A stretch of 64,000 nt of DNA, taken from assembly GCA_965213625.1 (NCBI GenBank), contig CBDBZU010000004.1, positions 544,001 through 608,000 on the forward strand, given 5' to 3'. A program made the translations under genes and the position numbers. Below are positions 49,786-58,867 of the stretch, piece by piece. Within the stretch, counting starts at the first letter, position 1, and every line of letters begins with the position of its first letter. Under the pieces are notes generated by a model. It worked only from the letters and a program-made list of their open reading frames with translations. It did not search any database and was not told the origin of the DNA. This DNA comes from a bacterium. GTDB lineage: Bacteria; UBA8248.

Positions 49786-49936
49786 TGCATTCCAGGGGGG
49801 CGTCCATGTACGCATGTATGCGGCCCCTACAACAGCGTATTCACTCCCATTCATCAATCGCGTTTGACCCTTGCGCCCCCGCCGATTTTCCCCGATCATG
49901 GGTGGTAGTTTGTGAATCCCGAGGAGGAGTGAGAGC

Positions 49937-50209
49937 GTGTGGGGCGACAAGACGCCTGAGGGCGTGAAGGGCTCATCCGATCTCAAGCGCATCGCCACGG
50001 TGGGCGGGCAGATGGAGGCCCTTATCCTCAAAAGCAGGCTCGAGGCCGAGCGAATTCCCGTGCACCTGAGCTACGACTCGACGAGTTCGGTATACGCCTT
50101 CAGCCGCACGAACCTGGGCGCGGTGCACCTGATGGTGCCGGAAGCCTTCGCGGAAGCGGCGCTCCTCATCTACCAAGAGATCAGAAACACCGGACAATCG
50201 CCCGAATAA
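49937..50209 (+). CDS. DUF2007-like small protein
   Basis: EALILKSRLEAERIP...V.LMVPE..AEAA pattern. Confidence 0.75.
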   Translation: MWGDKTPEGVKGSSDLKRIATVGGQMEALILKSRLEAERIPVHLSYDSTSSVYAFSRTNLGAVHLMVPEAFAEAALLIYQEIRNTGQSPE

Positions 50210-50235
50210 TCCAACCGATACACAGAGACGACGCC

Positions 50236-50790
50236 ATGACGAAAACACAAACGGACCTGGAAGCCCTGCGGGGACTTCTGCTGGAAAAATCGTATGAGAA
50301 AAAACAGGTTACGCTCGCCTCTGGCCGGGTGAGCGATTTCTACGTCGACTGCCGCCAGGTGACGCTGCACGGCGAAGGAGCGCGGCTCGTGGGCCGGGTG
50401 ATCTTCGAGCGCATTAATGGCGTCGACGCCGTGGGCGGTCCCACCCTGGGCGCGGACCCGATGGTGACGGCCGTCTCGTTGACGGCGGCGCTCGAAGGCC
50501 ACGACGTGCCCGCCTTCATCATCCGCAAGGCCGAGAAGGGCCACGGGATGCAGAACCGCATCGAGGGGTCGGGGAACCTGAAGCCCGGCATGAGGGTCGC
50601 CATCATCGAGGACGTGGTGACCACGGCGGCCTCCACCTTCACGGCCATCGACGCGGCTTTGGCCTTCGGCCTCGAGATCGCGCACGTCATCTGCCTCGTG
50701 GACAGGGAGGAAGGCGGACGCGAAAATCTGGCCAAGCGCGGCTACGAGCTCGACGCGGTGTTCACGAAGACGAGTCTGGTGGGAGAGTGA
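50236..50790 (+). CDS. pyrE: Orotate phosphoribosyltransferase
   Basis: LASGRVSDFYVD, GADP, IRK..KGHG, IIEDVVTT, VDREEG. Confidence 0.95.
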   Translation: MTKTQTDLEALRGLLLEKSYEKKQVTLASGRVSDFYVDCRQVTLHGEGARLVGRVIFERINGVDAVGGPTLGADPMVTAVSLTAALEGHDVPAFIIRKAEKGHGMQNRIEGSGNLKPGMRVAIIEDVVTTAASTFTAIDAALAFGLEIAHVICLVDREEGGRENLAKRGYELDAVFTKTSLVGE

Positions 50791-51084
50791 GGTACCCGAC
50801 ACGTCCTTGCGCTTCCTCACGCATCGCTCGGGCTGACCGCCGGATTCGAGCGGCTTCCGGGTGGCCCGGCCGCTTGGGGGCGAGGAGCTATCAGCCACTA
50901 CGGAATATAAGCGCTCCTACTGAGACGCGCGGGTTCTCACCAGTCTTTGAATTTAACCGCTTCCGATTTGATTACATGCTACAGAAGATGAAACCAGAAC
51001 GGAATTAGAAAAACGTAAACCAACTATACTTTCAATGACACATGAAGATTTCATCACCGCCGGAAATACCCTGGTGGTACTAAA

Positions 51085-51170
51085 TGGCGGAGGGAGAGGG
51101 ATTCGAACCCCCGGAGCTTTCGCTCAGTGGTTTTCAAGACCACCGCCTTCGGCCGCTCGGCCATCCCTCC
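51085..51170 (-). tRNA. tRNA-Ser (anticodon TGA)
   Basis: GGAGGGATGGCCGAGCGG...GTGGT-CTTGAAA-ACCAC, long variable arm, GGTTCGAATCC, encoded CCA. Confidence 0.95.
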
Positions 51171-51300
51171 GTGAAAACCGCGAGCCCTCGCACTGGGGTC
51201 GGGGCAAGCCCTTCCTCCCCGGTCGGGGTCGACCCGGCAAGCGGGCGAGATTCTACCTGAATTTTAGCATGGCTTGAAGCAGTTTTTAAGATATCAACCC

Positions 51301-51444
51301 CGACTGATGAAGGAGGGGTTGACGCGACTGATGAAGGAGGGGTTGACGCGACTGATGAAGGAGGGGTTGACGCGACTGATGAAGGAGGGGTTGACGCGAC
51401 TGATGAAGGAGGGGTTGACGCGACTGATGAGGAAGAGCTTGCGG
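51301..51444 (+). repeat. 24-bp tandem repeat CGACTGATGAAGGAGGGGTTGACG, 5 perfect copies plus 1 degenerate
   Basis: Read directly; units start at 51301, 51325, 51349, 51373, 51397 and 51421. Confidence 0.95.
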
Positions 51445-52203
51445 ACTGGAGAACGAGAATGGCCGCCCGCGTTCGAGAGCGTCAAGGGCCGCGCGGGGAC
51501 AAACCCTCCCTTCTCGGTCGGGTCTGTGCCCCGCTTCGGGTATTGCGTCCCAGGAGAACCCGGTCAAGACCGTCTGAGCCAAGAAGACGGTTGAATGGCC
51601 GGGTTTGGGATACGCACCCGCGCGACTGGGTGGCGCTTCCCTCTCCGGGACGGGTGTACCCGTATGCGGGGCCGCAATTCCTGGGTCCTCAATCGGAATT
51701 GACCCCCGCGCGGCGTTTCCGGCCCGCCGCCGCCCCTGCGCCCTGAGCGCGAAGCGGCCGGCGTCCCCCGCCGGATTCGCCCGTCGCCTCCACGAACACC
51801 CGCCGAGGCTACGCAAACGGGAGAAATGGTATCAGCGAAAGCGATGATTGGGGTTAAAGTTTGGGTAAAGTATCCGGAGAGGCTTCCGCTCCGCGGCGTG
51901 TTTCAGGGAGCAAACCCTCCCGCATTGTTCGGGGCCGCCCACATCGGGCGCAGGCGCATTTACGCGCATTTGCCGTAGCGGGAGAAGAAGCGGACGAGCG
52001 TATCCTGAAAGATTTGCGCGCGATGCGATTTCCTCATTCCGGCGAAGCGCACGCGCCGCATACGCGATAGAAGCCGGGTCGGCGGCGGAGGCGGGCGCGC
52101 ACATTTCCCCGCATCTGCGGTAGCGGGAGCGGGGGAGAGAGCGGGTATGATGGCGGAGCCGCGCGGTTCGTTCGGGAAAAAGCAAACTCTCCATCCCCGG
52201 TCG

Positions 52204-52275
52204 AGTCAAACGCTTGCTCATCGGTCGGGTCAAACCCTTCCTCATCGGTCGGGTCAAACCCTCGCTCATCGCTCG
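52204..52275 (-). repeat. Three diverged 24-bp repeats, inverted relative to the 51301 array
   Basis: Minus-strand units such as CGACCGATGAGGAAGGGTTTGACC share the CGAxxGATGA...GxTTGAC frame. Confidence 0.85.
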
Positions 52276-52479
52276 GGTTTTATATCTGAAAATATCGATA
52301 AATTCCGATAAATTCACGGGGTTTAGCGGTAAATTACCGAAAATTAAATCGCTGGAAAAACCGGTGAAAAAAGGTAGGCCGCCCGGGGGTTATTCCCTCG
52401 GCGCGATGATGTATATTAAGCGCATCGCCGCCCGCGTTCATAACAGGAAATGCGACATAACTACAGGAGATGTGAGGAA

Positions 52480-53199
52480 ATGCCTGAAATTATCGACCTT
52501 TCCATGCCCGTCCACATGTGGATGGAGCGCTACCCGGGCACGCCGCAGCCCGTCATCCAGATGATAGAGACGACGTTCGAGTCCGCGGCGCGCATCGGCA
52601 CCGACAAGATGGGCTTCCCCGAGCTGTTCGCCCACAGCGTGTGCATCTTCAGCGAGCATTGCGGCACCCACATCGACGCGCGAAGCCACGGCGGCATGAA
52701 CGATTCGTGGTCCGAGGACATCCCGCTGGACAAATGCTACGGGCCGGGTCTCCGGCTCGACATGCGGGGCAAGAAACCGGGCGAGGCCATTCAAATCAAT
52801 GACTTGAAAGAAGCGCTCGCGAAGGAGAAATACACGATTGAGGGCGGTGAGATCGTCTTCCTCTGGACGGGGGCGGCCGCCTACAACGAGGAGCCGCGCT
52901 ACCTGACGGACCATCCCGGCATGGTGGGGGAGAGCGCTGAGTGGCTCATCGACCAGGGCGTACAGGTGATGGGCATCGACGCGCCGGGGTTCGACTTGCC
53001 CATCAAGGAGATGCTCGAGCGCAAAGACCCCTGGCCGTGCCACCGCCTCTTCCAGACACGCGAATACTGGCACATCGAGAACCTCTGCAACCTGGACGCC
53101 ATTCCCGCTGCGCACGGGTTCACGGCGAGCGTGCTGCCGCTTCACTGGCAAGGCGCCACGGGGACGCACATCCGCGCCGTCGCCATCATGAACGAGTAG
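52480..53199 (+). CDS. Cyclase family metal hydrolase (third, divergent paralog)
   Basis: IIDLS, EHCGTHIDARSH, GIDAPGFD, HIENLCNL, IRAVA. Confidence 0.9.
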   Translation: MPEIIDLSMPVHMWMERYPGTPQPVIQMIETTFESAARIGTDKMGFPELFAHSVCIFSEHCGTHIDARSHGGMNDSWSEDIPLDKCYGPGLRLDMRGKKPGEAIQINDLKEALAKEKYTIEGGEIVFLWTGAAAYNEEPRYLTDHPGMVGESAEWLIDQGVQVMGIDAPGFDLPIKEMLERKDPWPCHRLFQTREYWHIENLCNLDAIPAAHGFTASVLPLHWQGATGTHIRAVAIMNE

Positions 53200-53205
53200 A
53201 CGAGC

Positions 53206-54246
53206 GTGTCCTCCACGGGCCGCAGAGGAGCTGGAAAACGGATGGCTCTCCTCGCCGTTTTCTCGCTCGCGCTGCTCATCGGGATGTTCTTCACCGTAGG
53301 GGTTGGGGACGCGGCGAATCCGAACAACTCACTGAAATCAAAAGCAAAACAAAACCGTGAGGCGCAGCTCAAGCTGTATGAGCGTACGCTGAAAAAGCAT
53401 CTTGCTGCCGACCCCTATCCCCTGATCGATCTGGAAGTCTCGCTTGAGAAGTGGAAGAGCGCAGCAGGGCTTATCGAGGGCATGGACCGGGCGGGCATCG
53501 CTCTGAGTGCGGTCACCGCGGCGAGTGAGGAGGCCATCCAAAAGGCGGTGGCGCAATATCCCGGACGGTTGGTTCCGCTCACTACCTCGGCGGCTCAAGA
53601 AGACTGGATGCAGACCGGGGGCGATTATCTTTCGGGCATCAAACGACAACTCAATGACGGCGCATTCGGGATAGGCAGGATCTCCTGGCGGCCTGAATCA
53701 ACCGGTAAAGAGCAAATGAGACAGGCCGGAGAGGCTTTAGGGGCGATCGTACGAATGGCAATCGAAAAACGAAGCTTCCTGATGCTCGACATGCCGCCCG
53801 ATGACGGCGGTCTGGAGCAACTCGAGCGGCTATTGAGAGCAATGCCCGAGGCGAGAGTCGTCTGGACGCAAGGGGGCAGAATATTGAATTTGGACCCTTT
53901 ACCCGGATACGGACACGGCCTCCTCAGGGCGTTGAGCCTGCGGCACCCAAACCTCCTCTTCACGCTTACCCAAGACCCGCCTACCCCTGATGTAACCATT
54001 CAGCGGAAGAATCACCTGTACGACCCGGGAGGAGCCTTCTCGCGCGAATGGCGGGCGTTGCTCGAAGCGCGCGTGGGGCATTTCACCGCCGGCAACGATT
54101 CCCCCAAGATAAGCCCGGCGATTTATGCGAGAAGGACACGCATTTTCCGTCAAAACATCCTCAGGAATATCAGCCCGCCCGCCAGAAAGCTCATCGCCTA
54201 CCGAAACGCATGGCATTTGCTGACAAACCGGCGCTGGAGGCCTTGA
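53206..54246 (+). CDS. Exported amidohydrolase-fold-like hypothetical protein
   Basis: N-terminal hydrophobic segment; GMDRAGI, YPGRLVP, RHPNL, KLIAYRNA resemble Amidohydro_2 but metal His residues are absent. Confidence 0.6.
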   Translation: MSSTGRRGAGKRMALLAVFSLALLIGMFFTVGVGDAANPNNSLKSKAKQNREAQLKLYERTLKKHLAADPYPLIDLEVSLEKWKSAAGLIEGMDRAGIALSAVTAASEEAIQKAVAQYPGRLVPLTTSAAQEDWMQTGGDYLSGIKRQLNDGAFGIGRISWRPESTGKEQMRQAGEALGAIVRMAIEKRSFLMLDMPPDDGGLEQLERLLRAMPEARVVWTQGGRILNLDPLPGYGHGLLRALSLRHPNLLFTLTQDPPTPDVTIQRKNHLYDPGGAFSREWRALLEARVGHFTAGNDSPKISPAIYARRTRIFRQNILRNISPPARKLIAYRNAWHLLTNRRWRP

Positions 54247-54375
54247 TTCACGAAATTCCCCCGTATCCGTTGCATCAGGCCCTGCGCATGGGGATAATGC
54301 CGACCCTCGGGATTGGTTAAATCCCTGAAACAATGATTTCCCGGCTATGAAACTTACGCGCAAGGAGTTCGCCTC

Positions 54376-55524
54376 ATGTACAGCATACGCCACCCGCAAC
54401 GTACTTGGTTCGGCCTCGGAACCATAGCGAAAATCAAGGACGAGGCGGAGTTCCTGGGTGCTCGCAAAGCGCTTTTCTTCACGGACAAGGGCGTAAGGGG
54501 TGCTGGCGTAGCGGATATGGCGCTGGCCCCTCTCAAGGAGTCCGGCGTCGAAGTTACGATATACGATGAGTGCCCGCCCGAGCCCGCCATCGCTGATCTC
54601 GAAAAAGCGTTTGATGAATTTAAAAACGGTTCTTTCGACCTCGTGGTCGGGGTCGGGGGCGGCAGTTCGATGGACATGGCGAAATCCATCGGCATATTGC
54701 TGGGGAATGACGGCGCACCCAGAGATTATCTGGGTATAGAACTCGTGCCGAAACCAGGCCTCTCCACGATATTGGCGCCCACCACGAGCGGAACCGGCGC
54801 AGAGGCCACGCCCAACGCTATATTCTCGGTACCGGAAGAGCAGGTGAAACTGGCTATCGTGAGCACGCATGTCATCCCTTTCGCCGCCATCGTCGACCCG
54901 GAACTCACGCTTTCCGCACCTCCGAAAGTCACTTCCGCCGCCGGTGTGGACGCCTTCACGCATTGCCTGGAAACCTACGTGGCCAGAAATGCCACCCCAC
55001 TGAGCGAGATGTACAGCCTGGAGGGCATGAAACTCATCGCCCGCTCCTTGAGGCGCGTTTGCGACGATGGAAGCGACATCGAAGCCAGAACCGACATGGC
55101 GCTGGGTTCATACTATGGCGGAGTTGCGCTCGCAGGGGCAGGAGCCGGCGCCATTCATGCCCTGGCGTATCCGCTCGGTTCGCGGTTCCACATTCCTCAC
55201 GGGGTAAGCAACTCACTGATGTTCTCCCACGTCATGAAGGAAAACTACGAAGCGGCCCCGGAGAAATTCGCCCGCATCGCCCGAATACTGGGCGAATCCA
55301 CCGATGACATAACCGAAGCCGAAGCGGCGGAGCTTTCCGTTGGCGCGGTCGAGAAACTTTGTCGTGACTGCGGGGTGCCAACCCGACTCGGCGAAGTGGA
55401 TGTCCCCGCACACGCCATCCCGGAGCTGGCCGAAGCCGCTTTCAAGCTCGAACGTCTGTTAAGTTGTAATCCCAAAGAACTTACGCTCGAGGACATCGAG
55501 AGAATCTATCGCGCAGCGGCTTGA
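54376..55524 (+). CDS. Iron-containing alcohol dehydrogenase
   Basis: GGGSSMDMAK, PTTSGTGAE, DAFTHCLE, HALAY, HG. Confidence 0.93.
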   Translation: MYSIRHPQRTWFGLGTIAKIKDEAEFLGARKALFFTDKGVRGAGVADMALAPLKESGVEVTIYDECPPEPAIADLEKAFDEFKNGSFDLVVGVGGGSSMDMAKSIGILLGNDGAPRDYLGIELVPKPGLSTILAPTTSGTGAEATPNAIFSVPEEQVKLAIVSTHVIPFAAIVDPELTLSAPPKVTSAAGVDAFTHCLETYVARNATPLSEMYSLEGMKLIARSLRRVCDDGSDIEARTDMALGSYYGGVALAGAGAGAIHALAYPLGSRFHIPHGVSNSLMFSHVMKENYEAAPEKFARIARILGESTDDITEAEAAELSVGAVEKLCRDCGVPTRLGEVDVPAHAIPELAEAAFKLERLLSCNPKELTLEDIERIYRAAA

Positions 55525-55527
55525 AAG

Positions 55528-56313
55528 ATGTCCATGGAATTATCTTCTTCGCGAAAATTGCGCTCCATGATGGACATCGCACCTGGCGATATGGTCTGCG
55601 TCATGGGCGCCGGCGGCAAGGCCACGCTAATGAAGCGGCTCGTCCAGGAGATGCTCGACGAGCCGTTTCCCGTCATCATCACCAGTACAACGAATCTTCA
55701 CGCCTTGGGTGGCGACGACGCACCACCCGTTTTATTGAGCGAGAAGGGTCGCACCGAGTTGCAATCCGCCGCTCAGGACTGGTCCAAGCGTGGCGCTGTT
55801 GTCTGGGTGGAGAAAAAACTACCGCAGAATATGTTTCGCGGCCTCGAGGCGAGTCAGGTAGAGGCGCTGTATGCTTCGGACTTTGACGGCGTAATGGTCG
55901 TAAAAACCGATGGCGCCAGAAAACGGCTCATCAAGGCTCCGGGACCAGCTGAGCCGGTCATTCCCGAAGGGGCAACGCATTGTGTACTCGTTCTGGGACT
56001 CGCCGCAATTGGACAAAAAGCTGATGAGAAAATCGTCCATCGCATGGAAAAAGTCTACAGCATCACGGGTCTCGAAGCCGGAGATACCATTGAAGCGCAT
56101 CATATGGCGAGATTGGCGAGTCAGCCGGAAAGTTACCCGAGTCGATTTCCTGAATGTGCAAAGCGGATACTCTACCTGAGCCATTGCAGTTCCCAAAAAG
56201 CCCTTCGGGAAGCTCAAACGATATTCGAGACCGTACCCGACGGCATTTACGATTGCCTGCTCACGGGAGATTCCATTGCAGGAAATTTTTTTCGCAAGGG
56301 AGTAAATCAATGA
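55528..56313 (+). CDS. yqeC: Selenium-cofactor accessory protein YqeC-like
   Basis: VMGAGGKATL, IITSTT, DGARKRLIKAPGPAEPVIP, VHR. Confidence 0.8.
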   Translation: MSMELSSSRKLRSMMDIAPGDMVCVMGAGGKATLMKRLVQEMLDEPFPVIITSTTNLHALGGDDAPPVLLSEKGRTELQSAAQDWSKRGAVVWVEKKLPQNMFRGLEASQVEALYASDFDGVMVVKTDGARKRLIKAPGPAEPVIPEGATHCVLVLGLAAIGQKADEKIVHRMEKVYSITGLEAGDTIEAHHMARLASQPESYPSRFPECAKRILYLSHCSSQKALREAQTIFETVPDGIYDCLLTGDSIAGNFFRKGVNQ

Positions 56314-57467
56314 TCGGTGCGGCCGCTATCAGAAAAGCTCTTGACGCCAGAAAAGATGAAATTATCGAGCAAATCGTCCATGTGGTGAGCATCGACTCCC
56401 CAACTTTTCCCAACACGGGAACGAACATAATTTCCTCCCACTTTGCGGAAAAATATCGCGACATGGGAGCCGAGGTGGAGATGATCCCCGGCACACATGA
56501 AACGGGAGATCATCTTCTGGCGACGTTTCATGGCGCAAGAAATGACGCCCCTCACATATTCCTGATCGGACATTGCGATACCGTTTTTCCCGAGGGAACC
56601 GCCGCGAAAAGACCATTCACCACAAAAGACGGGATCGCCTACGGCCCTGGAGTAGCCGACATGAAGGGATGTCTGGTGACATGCCAGTTCGTTATGGAAG
56701 CGCTGCTGGCCGAGGGATTCGAGAATTTCGGGAAAATCAGTATCTTATACGATACCGATGAAGAACGCGGGAATCCATCATCCAGGGAAGTCATAGAACG
56801 CATCGGGAAAGACGCCGCGGTCGCGTTGATCATCGAGTCCGGCCGCGCAAACGGCTCCATCGTCTCCTCACGGAAAGGTAGTTGTTTCGGAAAATTGCTA
56901 ATAAGCGGCGTCTCTGCCCACGCGGGCGTCGACCCTGAAAAAGGTAGAAGCGCAGTACACGAACTAGCCCATCAAATGATGGCCATTCAGAAACTCGAGC
57001 GCGAAGGAGGGACCGTCAACATCACGGGCCTTTCGGGCGGTCGAAGGCCACACATCGTGGCGGACGAGGCTTCCTGTCACGTCGAAGTGCGTGCGGAACG
57101 GCAAACGATTTTCGATTCCATGACGGATGAGTTGCTCCGCATTACCTCCATTCCCTACATCGAGGGGACACACTCAGAATTTCAGAAACTGGGCGGGAGG
57201 CCCGTCATGGAGTTTAACGCCGGAGCGAAAAGACTCGTCTCCATTGCGGCGGAAATCGCCACGGATGCGGGCGTTAAATTTCAGCACGCTCCCAGCGGTG
57301 GGGGATCTGACGGAAATTATCTCTCCCCGATCGGAGTCGCCGTTCTCGATGGACTGGGACCCGTAGGTGGGAATTTGCATACGGACGAGGAATACTTGGA
57401 ACTCGATTCGATCGCTCCAAGAGGCGCATTACTCGGGGGGTTGATAGAAAGGCTATCTGCAACATGA
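56310..57467 (+). CDS. M20 family metallopeptidase (glutamate carboxypeptidase-like)
   Basis: GHCDTV, GPGVADMKG, DEERG, SAHAG, GGSDGN, LDGLGP.GG..H..EE. Confidence 0.92.
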   Translation: MIGAAAIRKALDARKDEIIEQIVHVVSIDSPTFPNTGTNIISSHFAEKYRDMGAEVEMIPGTHETGDHLLATFHGARNDAPHIFLIGHCDTVFPEGTAAKRPFTTKDGIAYGPGVADMKGCLVTCQFVMEALLAEGFENFGKISILYDTDEERGNPSSREVIERIGKDAAVALIIESGRANGSIVSSRKGSCFGKLLISGVSAHAGVDPEKGRSAVHELAHQMMAIQKLEREGGTVNITGLSGGRRPHIVADEASCHVEVRAERQTIFDSMTDELLRITSIPYIEGTHSEFQKLGGRPVMEFNAGAKRLVSIAAEIATDAGVKFQHAPSGGGSDGNYLSPIGVAVLDGLGPVGGNLHTDEEYLELDSIAPRGALLGGLIERLSAT

Positions 57468-57485
57468 GGCGCTAACCAAGAGTCC

Positions 57486-58730
57486 TCAATCTTCCAAGGG
57501 AATTCCAATCTCCGATCTGGGTTTAGGATCTGCGACCACATTTTCTCGAACCAACTCTTCTATTCTTTCATCACTCCACCCTAGAATTTCGGACAACACT
57601 TCGCGTGTATGTTCCCCGTGCAAGGGGGCCGGCCCTTGCACCTTCCCCGGATGCTCGGAAAATTTGGGGGGAACACCGGTAGTGTTCATTTTACCCAGGA
57701 GCGAATGGTTCGTTTCCACCACCATCTCTCTGTGGCGAACCTGCTCATCCTCGAGCGCTTCGCCGACATTATAAACCGGGCCGCAGGGAATCCCTTTTTC
57801 CTCCAGTAATCTCAGCCATTCATTCCCGTTTCGTCTGCAGAGATACCGCTCCAATATGGGGATAAGCTGATCGCGATTTTTCGCGCGGCTCGGGATGTCG
57901 ACAAACCTCGGGTCATTCGCCAACTCGGGAGCCTCGACGATGTCGCAAAAATAACCCCAGAACCGATCGCTCGTCACACCGATGATGATTTCCTTATCCT
58001 TGGCCTTGAGCGCCTGATAGGGAACGATTTGAAAATGGGCCGAACCCCAGCGCTCGCTCATGCTGCCATCCATGAAATAGCAGCCGCTCAGGTTGGTGAG
58101 CAGCGACACGCTGCTGTCGAGAAGAGACAGATCGATGTATTGCCCCTTGCCCGTCTTTTCCCTGGCGAACAATGCGCTGCTTACGCTAAAAGCCGCCCAC
58201 ATGCCCGCCGTGAGATCACTGAGCGGAACCCCGGCCTTGCAAGGTCCGCCATCCGGTTCGCCCGTTGCACTCATGATGCCGCTCATCGCCTGGCCGACGA
58301 TGTCAAAACCCGAACGCTCACGATACGGGCCCGTCTGCCCGAAGCCGGAGACGGAAACGTATATCAGTCGAGGGTTCAAAGCGGATAGTGCCTCATAACC
58401 GACGCCCAGACGCTCCGTGACTCCGGGGCGAAAATTCTCGACAACCACGTCCACCTTTTTTGCAATGGAGCGAGCGATTTCGAGGCCTTCGCTTTTTTTG
58501 AGGTTGACCACGATACTCTTCTTGCCGTGGTTCACACCCAAAAAATAGGCGCTCTCTCCTTTCTTGAACGGAGGACCCCAGGTGCGGGTTTCATCGCCAT
58601 ATCCATGAGATTCGAGCTTGATGATTTCCGCTCCCAGATCCGAGAGCATCGTGGTGCAAAAAGGCCCGGCGAGAATTCGAGACAAGTCCAACACGCGAAT
58701 TCCCTTCAATGGTCCCTGTGCGTTCATCAT
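57486..58730 (-). CDS. CaiB/BaiF family III CoA-transferase
   Basis: LDLSRILAGP, GAEIIK, ENFRPG, GFGQTGP, GFD. Confidence 0.93.
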   Translation of the reverse strand: MMNAQGPLKGIRVLDLSRILAGPFCTTMLSDLGAEIIKLESHGYGDETRTWGPPFKKGESAYFLGVNHGKKSIVVNLKKSEGLEIARSIAKKVDVVVENFRPGVTERLGVGYEALSALNPRLIYVSVSGFGQTGPYRERSGFDIVGQAMSGIMSATGEPDGGPCKAGVPLSDLTAGMWAAFSVSSALFAREKTGKGQYIDLSLLDSSVSLLTNLSGCYFMDGSMSERWGSAHFQIVPYQALKAKDKEIIIGVTSDRFWGYFCDIVEAPELANDPRFVDIPSRAKNRDQLIPILERYLCRRNGNEWLRLLEEKGIPCGPVYNVGEALEDEQVRHREMVVETNHSLLGKMNTTGVPPKFSEHPGKVQGPAPLHGEHTREVLSEILGWSDERIEELVRENVVADPKPRSEIGIPLED

Positions 58731-58867
58731 CCCCATCCTGAGTAACAAGCAAGAAGATTATTGCGAATGTATAGAATGTGCAAAGGCGCAGGGCAGTCTG
58801 TCAAGGAATCTCCGTTAAATTCAAGGCGTTTCTCCCTACGTCGGGGGCAAGGGCAGGATGAACGCTT

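Larger units (their letters stand above)
48776..49812 (+). mobile_element. IS110-family (IS1111-type) element inserted in a REP palindrome
   Basis: Sub-terminal IRs TGGACGCCCCC / GGGGGCGTCCA; CG core at both ends; removal restores GGGCCGCATGTATGCGGCCCCTAC. Confidence 0.88.

Noticed and set aside
51085-51170. tRNA as tRNA-Sec or as an integration site
   Set aside because: Anticodon is TGA (Ser), not TCA; no integrase or duplicated tRNA 3' end seen
51301-51444. 24-bp array as a CRISPR array
   Set aside because: Units are contiguous with no spacers, and no cas genes are present
51274-51594. RLMKEGLT-repeat ORF (and 51832-52317 on the minus strand) as real proteins
   Set aside because: Frames stay open because the repeat unit is a multiple of 3; no recognisable domain; better explained as DNA repeats, though not excluded
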